A DNA stretch of 64,000 nt, taken from a bacterium (lineage in GTDB: Bacteria; Verrucomicrobiota; Kiritimatiellia; CAIKKV01; CAITUY01). A model generated the notes under the pieces. The model saw only the letters and a list, made by a program, of their open reading frames with translations. It was not told where the DNA came from and did no database searches. This document shows, piece after piece, positions 1-7,148 of this stretch (position 1 is its first letter; every line of letters begins with the position of its first letter). The stretch lies in assembly GCA_037134355.1 (NCBI GenBank), contig JBAXMJ010000001.1, positions 16,951 to 80,950 of the forward strand. Direction: 5' to 3'. The translations under genes and the position numbers were made by a program.

Positions 1-669
1 GCGGGCCACAAAAATTCCCAGAACCAATAAGACCACCCCGGCCAGAAACATCACTGGCTCCCCGCTGAGCCGGAACACGGGAACAAAGGGATCGCAGCGG
101 CAGATAATGAAAGCCGAGCCGGTCGCCGCCAGCAGAACCGCCACTCCAAGGTAACCCGCGGGAATCATTCCCAACGCCACTGACACAGGACGTGGCAACC
201 GTGTTGGAAAAAGAATCATCATTTCCTGGATCGCACCGAGCGGACATACCGCGGCGCAAAATACACGCCCGAAAAACAGGGCAAACACCAGCGGAAGAAT
301 AAAAAATGCCGCCACGCTCAGGGAAAGACCGACCTCACTCCCCGACAACCAGGCGGCAACATTCTGGATAGACCCGATGGAACAGACACACCCCTTACGC
401 CAAAACCCGAAATACAGGAGAGAAAATGCCGTAAGCAGAAATACCCCGCGCCGAGATCGCTTCTTCAGGATCAGCCAGGCGGCAAGGGATAAGGCGCCGA
501 TGAGGACCACGACATCCAGCATCTCAACCGTCGCGGCCCGGGGCGGGGGCGTGGTTGTCACCGGCATGGTGTAGCCGCTCTCGAACTGCGGCTGCGGGAA
601 GCGGTTTTCAGCGAAGGCCGCGAGCACCGGCATCAGTAAATAAAGAATGAGCGCTACGGTTCTCATCAT
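1..669 (-). CDS. NapH/MauN-like membrane-bound polyferredoxin; partial, C-terminus lies beyond the window start
   Basis: My own minus-strand translation from ATG at 669/666: MRTVALILYLLMPVLAAFA signal, several TM helices, a 'FGRVFCAAVCPLGAIQE' CxxCP motif and 'CRCDPF'. The start overlaps the upstream gene's stop in an ATGA arrangement. Not in the ORF track because it runs off the window edge. Confidence 0.5.
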   Translation of the reverse strand, partial: MMRTVALILYLLMPVLAAFAENRFPQPQFESGYTMPVTTTPPPRAATVEMLDVVVLIGALSLAAWLILKKRSRRGVFLLTAFSLLYFGFWRKGCVCSIGSIQNVAAWLSGSEVGLSLSVAAFFILPLVFALFFGRVFCAAVCPLGAIQEMMILFPTRLPRPVSVALGMIPAGYLGVAVLLAATGSAFIICRCDPFVPVFRLSGEPVMFLAGVVLLVLGIFVAR

Positions 670-1307
670 GACGCCGCGCTTTCCGAGCGGGGATTCAAAA
701 GATAGGGAGCCGTCGCCGGCACCTGCCGAAAGGCGTCTGACGGGCAATTTCGGGCAATGGAACACTCATTACAATTCACACACCGGTCATGCCGGACCTG
801 CAACACAAGCGAACTGTTGCCGAAGGCCGAGCAGCCCTTGACACACCGGCCACACCCGACACATAGAGATTCATCAATGGTGTATTCGTAATAAGGCTCC
901 TCAACGAATTTCCGCCGGATCGCACCGGTTGGGCAAATCTGATTTTCGGCGGCACTGGTGAGGGTTGTAGAACCTGGCTGAAAAAACCCGAAGCACAACC
1001 GGCAATAGCCGCACTGCTTGGGCCGATGGACACACTTCACAGCGGACGCCTGTAGCACGCACTGAGTGGCGCACCGTCCGCACTGGGTACATTTGGAGGG
1101 ATCCAACTGCCAGACCTTGTGGCCCGCCGAAAGAACGGCCGACGGACACGAGGCCAAATCCGGGCAACCCTTGCAGAGTTTCCACTGGTCGGGACTGCCG
1201 GATGAGTGGCACCGGCGCCCCAGCAGGGCCCGGGCACCCATGCCAGCCAATCCGGCCAGCAAAACCCCGCGCAGAAGAGTCCTTAGAAATTCACGCCGAC
1301 TTTGCAT
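666..1307 (-). CDS. Tat-exported multi-[4Fe-4S] ferredoxin, NapG/MauM-like
   Basis: Twin-arginine signal 'MQSRREFLRTLL'; four Cys clusters (CTQCGRCATQC, CGYCRLC..CP, CVGCGRCVKGC, CVNCNEC..CP). The ORF-track N-terminal extension (1308-1379) is a translated REP element, so the start was moved to MQSRR. Confidence 0.6.
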   Translation of the reverse strand: MQSRREFLRTLLRGVLLAGLAGMGARALLGRRCHSSGSPDQWKLCKGCPDLASCPSAVLSAGHKVWQLDPSKCTQCGRCATQCVLQASAVKCVHRPKQCGYCRLCFGFFQPGSTTLTSAAENQICPTGAIRRKFVEEPYYEYTIDESLCVGCGRCVKGCSAFGNSSLVLQVRHDRCVNCNECSIARNCPSDAFRQVPATAPYLLNPRSESAAS

Positions 1308-1343
1308 GGCTCCTGTTGTTTTAACTTCATTCATCATTTTTTC

Positions 1344-1410
1344 GTAGCATGGGCGTCTCGCCCATGATTTCCTTTTCATTACCCAATCACGGGCGAGACG
1401 CCCGTGCTAC
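1344..1410. repeat. REP pair: forward copy 1344-1366 GTAGCATGGGCGTCTCGCCCATG and inverted copy 1388-1410, forming a hairpin
   Basis: Same 23-nt palindromic unit as at 2346-2469 and 3086-3108. A conserved ATTTCC follows the forward copy. Confidence 0.8.
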
Positions 1411-1411
1411 A

Positions 1412-2335
1412 TCAATACACCCTGACACCATCACCCGACGGATCGAGCACAAGAATCCGCCCCTTAGAATCCACCGCCAGATCCAACCCGACAACAGCCT
1501 TCTCCCACTCCCGTGGTCCCGACATGACCCCGGCAAACCGCCCAGACGCATCATACCGTTTCACCCGGACAATATGCTTCTCGCTTGTTACAAAGGAACC
1601 ATCGGGTGCCAGAGCCATATTGCTCGGATTGCAGCACCCGCAAAAGCCGTCGTCATCGACCGAGGCCTTGCCCCATGAAGACAAAAACTGGCCGTCGGCC
1701 GTGAAATGTTCAAGGCGATGCATACCGGGGTTGACGACCCATAGCGAGCCATCAGGGGCCGTCGCAATATCAAAGAACGCGCTGGGCACCACAAAGCCCT
1801 CCGGGCGACGGGCGGGATCCTTGTCGCCGATCCGTCCGGACACCTCGCCCGCCAAGGTGAACCGCCACACGATCCGATTCTGGCAATCTGCGATGAACAC
1901 AAAGTTTGACGAGACGGCCACGGAGGTGATCATCGTTTTCGCACTCGGGCTTTTCCAGATCGCCTTACGGGTGCCGTCCGGGCCAAAGACTTCAATATGA
2001 TTGTCCAGCCCGGAAAAGATGTCGCCATTAGCCGACACCGCAAGGGCTCGCACGGGGCCCGAAACAGTAAAGGACAACAGGGACTGGCCAAGAACATCAA
2101 GGACTTCAATGCCGGCCTTTGACCCCACGACGATCCTGTCGGATGGCCCGACGGCCAGAGCCGTCACATTGGAGAGGACTGGCTTGATCCAGCGGGATCC
2201 GGATGAAAGGAGGCCATTCGCGGAGATTTTCTTGACCCCGCAGACATCATAGCGGCAATCAGCAGGAGAGACGCACTCGTTGCATCTCGCCCCCATCGGC
2301 CAACAAGCTGTCAAGGCCAGAATGAGCGCCAAACA
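1412..2335 (-). CDS. NHL-repeat / six-bladed beta-propeller lipoprotein; 5' end disrupted by or fused to the REP array
   Basis: h-region plus lipobox 'LALILALTAC' but no in-frame ATG/GTG n-region; the best start is TTG at 2335. Repeated beta-strand-rich modules follow. The ORF track shows it in-frame with the upstream RAYT (ORF 1412..3256). Confidence 0.5.
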   Translation of the reverse strand, partial: CLALILALTACWPMGARCNECVSPADCRYDVCGVKKISANGLLSSGSRWIKPVLSNVTALAVGPSDRIVVGSKAGIEVLDVLGQSLLSFTVSGPVRALAVSANGDIFSGLDNHIEVFGPDGTRKAIWKSPSAKTMITSVAVSSNFVFIADCQNRIVWRFTLAGEVSGRIGDKDPARRPEGFVVPSAFFDIATAPDGSLWVVNPGMHRLEHFTADGQFLSSWGKASVDDDGFCGCCNPSNMALAPDGSFVTSEKHIVRVKRYDASGRFAGVMSGPREWEKAVVGLDLAVDSKGRILVLDPSGDGVRVY

Positions 2336-2345
2336 TAATTTTCCC

Positions 2346-2469
2346 GTAGCATGGGCGTCCCGCCCATGTCCCTCCTCCTCCGTAGCATGGGCGTCCCGCC
2401 CATGTCCCTCCTCCTCCGTAGCATGGGCGTCCCGCCCATGATTTCCCACGGGCGGGACGCCCGTGCTAC
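2346..2469. repeat. Tandem REP array: three forward copies (2346, 2382, 2418) with a 13-nt TCCCTCCTCCTCC spacer, plus one inverted copy (2447-2469)
   Basis: A 36-nt period repeated exactly. The core 'CATGGGCGTCCCGCCCATG' is self-complementary. Forward and inverted copies differ by G/T changes compatible with G-U pairs in RNA. Confidence 0.85.
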
Positions 2470-2470
2470 A

Positions 2471-3055
2471 AAATGAACCAACCCATCGCCAAGAATGTAA
2501 TCCGGCTACAGCAGGATTTTCCACCACATAGCGAACCTGCCTATTAAAGTCATTTTCATCACGAATCAAGTGGTCATAATACTCGGGCTGCCAAAAATCG
2601 CCGCTTCGACCCAACAGGCAATTGGCTTTTTTTGATGTAAAGGATTTCCACGAATGAAGAATGTTTGACATCATATTTCCAGAAAAAGGCCGAACAACAA
2701 CATGCACGTGATTTGGCATGATACACCATGAATAAAGGGCGTATCTCTGCCCATCAAAACACTTCAGCGCAGCTTCAACGACTGTCGCAATGCGATCCTC
2801 GCGCAACCAACATTTTCCATGACCCGCATCCAACCATTTGTCAACCCGTTCTGAGTGTAATTCCTGAAGGCGTAAATGTTCCTCGTCAGTAAGTTCTCGC
2901 CCCAACATTTTGGCGGTTTTGACAATGTCTTCACGCTCATCCCTCCATGATTTCAACACTGACGTCGGCAACGAATCGTGTAATCGGAAGGTCACAGCAT
3001 AGACGGCTCCTTCTTGCGTCCAGTGAGGCAAATAAGCACCCTGAGAAAGTTTCAC
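2471..3055 (-). mobile_element. REP-associated tyrosine transposase (RAYT, IS200/IS605-like HuH-Y1); no in-frame stop before the REP array
   Basis: HuH motif 'MPNHVHVVV', catalytic-Tyr region 'FWQPEYYDHLIRDENDF', C-terminal 'NPAVAGL..WRW' (cf. E. coli YafM). The start is uncertain: GTG at 3055 or GTG at 3088 at the REP edge. Confidence 0.75.
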
Positions 3056-3085
3056 ATCTGCAAAAGGATTATACCCATGCTTTTC

Positions 3086-3165
3086 CACGGGCGGGACGCC
3101 CGTGCTACAGATTGCATTTTCTTTATTCATCCTAAATAACTGACGTCTCGCCCGTGCTACAGATT
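3086..3165. repeat. REP copy (inverted orientation, 3086-3108) plus a degenerate partial copy at 3147-3165; a local direct repeat GCCCGTGCTACAGATT occurs twice
   Basis: Identical to the 2447-2469 copy. Lies between the RAYT start and the stop of the upstream PQQ-like gene. Confidence 0.75.
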
Positions 3166-4625
3166 CACCGCACATCCAAACACCGCATCGTTCCGAAATC
3201 CCTGACCAGAAGGCGGCCATCCGCCAAAGCAAGGGGCGCCCAGGCTTCCTTACCATCCAGCACTCTGGCTTGAGCCAACTTCTGATACCCTTCCGGAGTA
3301 GCCCGAATCATGGTCAGCATTCCCTCGTCATCCAGGATCAGCAATTTTCCGTCAGCCACCATAAAGGGACCCAGCCCGAACCGATCCAAAGCCCCGCTGG
3401 TCCAAACGACCCGTCCATCGGGGTCCATGCACACGGCCTGCTTTCGCATGGCCCCGGCATCCGCTGGCAGCACAGTGTAGAGGTAGCCCTGATAAAAGAC
3501 CGGGGTATGCTGCTCACAGGCGAAGAGTTTCTTATCCACCTTCTTCAGGAGCTTTACAGAAAATCGCTCCCCCTCCTTGAGGATCTGAAACAGGGCGCTC
3601 CCTGCGCCGTAACCGGAGGTGATCCAGAAACGGCCATCACCCACCGGAACGGGCGTCGGGGCAACAACCTGAATATTCCACAGGTCGGTCTCCCAGAGCA
3701 CGGTTCCGGTATCCTGTGCTTCCGCAGAGACTCCGACAATCCCGCCAATTGCACAATATAGATACATTTTCTTCCCGGCGAATTCCATCGGCATGACGGA
3801 GGAATGCGACATCTTCCACTTCCGGGGATTGGGTGTTTCCCATAGCACTTTACCGGTTTCGCAATCCACCCCCGCCGGCCGCACCTTGCCCCCCACCCCG
3901 AGCACCACCTGGGTTCCGTCGATCAGGGGACATTGGCCGGTGTACCACATCGGCACTTCCACGCCCCAATTCCGCTCCAGATCCAGCCCCCACTTGAGAT
4001 CACCCGTCACAGCATCGGCGCACATCACATGACAGCGGGGCCCAATGGTGACCACATAACGATCCGTCACCGCGGGAACGGTGCGTGAAATTCCATGGTT
4101 CCGTTTGATTCTGACCTTGTACGAACGCCGCCAGATTTCACGCCCATCCTCCATCGAAAAACACCGAAGCGCATCCGCGCCTGCAGCACCTTCATAATCC
4201 AATACATAAACGCATCCGTTCCGGATTGCCGGACCGGCATAGCCTTCGCCGAGCGGGATAGACCACAGGCGGGGCGGGCCCCCAACAGGCCAGGAGTTGG
4301 CCAGTTTTTCAGAAGCTGGCGCCAGGTTGTCATGAGCGGCTCCGCGAAAGGAAGGCCATGATCCCGGCGCTTGTGAGGGCACCCCGGCATATCGGGAAAA
4401 GGTTTCGCCAATCCGGACGGGAGTCTCCGCCGCCGCTGCAGCCTGATCGGCACCTGAAGATTCGCCAGCCAGAGGAATCCGCCTGGCCGTGGATACACCC
4501 GAGAGCGTCCCTCGCCACCAGAGCAACGCGACCGCCGAAAGTAGCACCCCGATCAGTACAATCAGTACGGCAGGAAGAATGCCCCTCCCTCGCTGTCCAC
4601 CCTGAAAGATACCCGGGAATGCCAT
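3165..4625 (-). CDS. PQQ-like beta-propeller repeat protein with an N-terminal membrane anchor and Ala/Pro-rich linker
   Basis: TM helix 'ILPAVLIVLIGVLLSAVALLWW'; repeated W/G-containing blade motifs; paralog of the next gene. Start moved to MAFPG. Confidence 0.6.
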   Translation of the reverse strand: MAFPGIFQGGQRGRGILPAVLIVLIGVLLSAVALLWWRGTLSGVSTARRIPLAGESSGADQAAAAAETPVRIGETFSRYAGVPSQAPGSWPSFRGAAHDNLAPASEKLANSWPVGGPPRLWSIPLGEGYAGPAIRNGCVYVLDYEGAAGADALRCFSMEDGREIWRRSYKVRIKRNHGISRTVPAVTDRYVVTIGPRCHVMCADAVTGDLKWGLDLERNWGVEVPMWYTGQCPLIDGTQVVLGVGGKVRPAGVDCETGKVLWETPNPRKWKMSHSSVMPMEFAGKKMYLYCAIGGIVGVSAEAQDTGTVLWETDLWNIQVVAPTPVPVGDGRFWITSGYGAGSALFQILKEGERFSVKLLKKVDKKLFACEQHTPVFYQGYLYTVLPADAGAMRKQAVCMDPDGRVVWTSGALDRFGLGPFMVADGKLLILDDEGMLTMIRATPEGYQKLAQARVLDGKEAWAPLALADGRLLVRDFGTMRCLDVR

Positions 4626-4639
4626 AAGTTCAAGCGATC

Positions 4640-5848
4640 CTACTTGCCCAGATTCAGCGCAATAAGAGTCCCTTTGCTGTTGCGACAGTACAGAACACCC
4701 CGGCACAAGACCGGCGCCGTCCAGCAGGTTTTCTCCAACACTTTACGGGCAGAGGACACCTCTTCATATTTTTCAGGCGACGCCTTGATAATGAACAAAT
4801 CTCCATTTTCATTCAGGGCAATCAGGTGATTCCCCGCTGCTGAGAGCGACCCGAACCCGATGTTCTGACTCCATTTCTCAACGCCAGTTTTGAAATCCAT
4901 GCATTTCAGGGAACCGCCTCCCACATTACCATCGAACCCGTACAAAAACCCGTTGATCAGCACACAACTACTGAACTGGTTCTTCATGGTCTTGTTCTTC
5001 CAGACCTCTATGGGTGCCGGGCCCCGGACATCAATAACGGCGCCCGCGTTGTTATACCCAGAGGAAATGAACATGAGCCCGTCCGATACAATCGGGTCGG
5101 CCGCATTGACATCATACGAGGTCTTCCAGGGAATAGACCAGAGCTTGACACCCGTTTCCAGATCGACGCCATACAGTTCCTTTGCGCTGAACAAGGCCAG
5201 GCACTCCTTCCCTCCCGCAGAGAACTCAACTGGTGCGGCATACCCCCCTGTCCCTCCCGGACTGGACCATACTTTGGCGCCGGTATTCCGGTTCAAGACC
5301 ACCCCGTATTCACCTGCATTCACCAACAACATGTCGCCCTTGATCACCGGCGATCCGGAGAATCCCCACCCCAGGTTAACGGCACCGAATTCCTTCATCA
5401 GATTCTTGTTCCACTTGACCTCGCCGGTTACCGCATCCAGGCACAACAACAGTCCTACACGGCTCAGGGAATAGACCAGTTTGCCGTCCGTGGCGGGAGT
5501 AGCGCGCGGTCCGGGATAACTCCCCGCCTCGCACGGATAGGAATGTTTCCATAACGCCTTTCCATCCTTCAGGGAAAGGGCGTAAATCGTGTCTGTATTA
5601 TCCTTATTTCCAAAGGCAAACAGCCTGTCGCCCTTGATGGAAACGGCGGAATAACCCTCTCCGACTTCTGCTTTCCACAGGATTTTCGCTCCACCTTGAA
5701 GCGCAAGCGGATTCCATTGGGTTTCCCTGGAGATCCCGTCACGATTCGCCCCGCGGAACTGAGGCCAGTCATAGACCTCTGAACCTTGCACATGACCCGC
5801 AACAATCCATCCCGCCAACCCGATTGCCGTCATAGTCTTGAAACGCAT
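4640..5848 (-). CDS. Secreted PQQ-like beta-propeller repeat protein
   Basis: Signal peptide 'MRFKTMTAIGLAGWIVAGHVQG'; repeated blade motifs (WxxxxG...). Tandem paralog of 3165-4625. Confidence 0.6.
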   Translation of the reverse strand: MRFKTMTAIGLAGWIVAGHVQGSEVYDWPQFRGANRDGISRETQWNPLALQGGAKILWKAEVGEGYSAVSIKGDRLFAFGNKDNTDTIYALSLKDGKALWKHSYPCEAGSYPGPRATPATDGKLVYSLSRVGLLLCLDAVTGEVKWNKNLMKEFGAVNLGWGFSGSPVIKGDMLLVNAGEYGVVLNRNTGAKVWSSPGGTGGYAAPVEFSAGGKECLALFSAKELYGVDLETGVKLWSIPWKTSYDVNAADPIVSDGLMFISSGYNNAGAVIDVRGPAPIEVWKNKTMKNQFSSCVLINGFLYGFDGNVGGGSLKCMDFKTGVEKWSQNIGFGSLSAAGNHLIALNENGDLFIIKASPEKYEEVSSARKVLEKTCWTAPVLCRGVLYCRNSKGTLIALNLGK

Positions 5849-5897
5849 AATCGCCCTCCTGTTTGATCCGCCTCTGTTTCTACTAAAAGGTCTCACA

Positions 5898-6368
5898 CTA
5901 GAGGATTTCGATTATGATTACGATTAAGATTATGAGGCAATTCGACGACGTACTGGGCGAACAGGAACTCCACCCGGTGCCGGTCGCTGGGAAACGCTTC
6001 GGCCCGGTAACACCGACCACGGCTCGATCTAACTCCGCATGGGCCTTCACCAGTTTCGGCGGCATCGCCACGGGATCGTGCAAGTCGGCCAGCGTTGAAC
6101 CCGGGAATTCCTTCCGGACATCCAGAACTTTCTGCGCCGTCGCTTCCACCGCCGTTTTCTGCTTCTTCGTCACCGCCTGCGGCCAGGGGAGTTGTTGTAG
6201 ACGATGTCCTTGGAGTAATGTTCCGTTCATAACCTGTCTCGAACCATCACCATCGTTAGCAAATGTTATTTGTTCCGATGTGAACCCGTACGGCCTCCAT
6301 TTGTCCGAACGTCGAAAGTCAGGGTCCGAGCGGAACGCGAGGTAACCTGGACTTTCTGGTTCGATCAC
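5898..6368 (-). pseudogene. Fragment of an N6-adenine DNA methyltransferase (RM-system C-terminal region), truncated
   Basis: 'TLADLHDPVAMPPKLVKAHAELDRAV' matches the conserved C-terminal tail of type I/IIG DNA MTases. The upstream and downstream parts are non-homologous and low-complexity. Confidence 0.45.
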
Positions 6369-6619
6369 TTTTCGTAGATTTCCCGTCTGTGGCCGATTCG
6401 CAGGACAAGGACTTGTGTTTCCAAGATGGCATAAATGACACGGTAATCACCGACTCGGAATTTCCGCAAGCCGGCAAAATGCCCCTTTAGAACAGGATAA
6501 GAATCCGCGCGCGTGGCGAGATCCTTGTCGATCTTGTCGAGTATCCGCCTGGCTTCGGCTTTACCGAGGCTTGCGAGGTCTTTCGACACGCTCTTCTTGT
6601 AGGTGATTTCAAAGGCCAA
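6365..6619 (-). CDS. Type II toxin-antitoxin system RelE/ParE family toxin
   Basis: 84 aa with typical RelE/ParE features ('...YRVIYAI....LVLRIGHRREIY'); overlaps the upstream antitoxin by 11 nt. Confidence 0.75.
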   Translation of the reverse strand: MAFEITYKKSVSKDLASLGKAEARRILDKIDKDLATRADSYPVLKGHFAGLRKFRVGDYRVIYAILETQVLVLRIGHRREIYEK

Positions 6620-6827
6620 GGGATTTCCTCAATTCACGTCCGGACACAACCGCATCCTTTTGATCGCGCAGTCGGTCAAGGGCAATTTGGACATCGGCAA
6701 AATCCGCAATATAGGATTCCAATGCTCTTTGAATATGGAAGGAGCGGGGCCTTTCCGTTTCATCCGCAATATGGGTCAGTTCATTGGCCAGACCATCAGG
6801 TAATCGAATTGATACAGCAATACTCAT
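6609..6827 (-). CDS. Ribbon-helix-helix (CopG/ParD-like) antitoxin
   Basis: 72 aa with an N-terminal RHH ('SIRLPDGLANELTHIADETERPRSFHIQRALESYI'); immediately upstream of the toxin. Confidence 0.65.
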   Translation of the reverse strand: MSIAVSIRLPDGLANELTHIADETERPRSFHIQRALESYIADFADVQIALDRLRDQKDAVVSGRELRKSLGL

Positions 6828-6839
6828 GACATCTCCTCA

Positions 6840-6858
6840 TGTATTCTTCTGTAATACA
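6840..6858. promoter_or_regulatory. Inverted repeat TGTATTcttctgtAATACA directly upstream of the antitoxin start; putative auto-repression operator
   Basis: Perfect 6-bp arms 13 nt upstream of the RHH gene start, in an AT-rich promoter region. Confidence 0.35.
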
Positions 6859-7148
6859 GTGTATGCAATGCCATCATTATTGTCAATTCCATCTTTGTCT
6901 TGAAATCAAACGAATCTGTAAGCGATTACAATTCCTGTTTTAGAAGAAAGTATTTATAAAAACCTGCTGAAAACAGATGCTTTCAGTTTACATTTGCCGG
7001 TAATTAGCAGCTTGCCCAGGCGGAACGGGCTTTGAGGCTGTATTTTGTTAATTTCTCAAAGGACACCAGCCCGATGAAAACAGTGAACGGGAATATCGCC
7101 TATTTTCCCGCTTGCTTCCCCGGCAAAATTCATCTATTTGGCACACCC

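Noticed and set aside
2346-2469. Possibility that the tandem 36-nt repeat array is a CRISPR array
   Set aside because: The 13-nt spacers are identical (TCCCTCCTCCTCC), there are only 3 units, the repeat is a palindromic REP also found in inverted orientation elsewhere, and no cas genes are present.
6828-7148. Cobalamin or other riboswitch upstream of the TonB-dependent receptor
   Set aside because: No B12-box (GCCACTG-like) or other recognisable riboswitch core is visible; the region looks like an AT-rich promoter with short dyads only.
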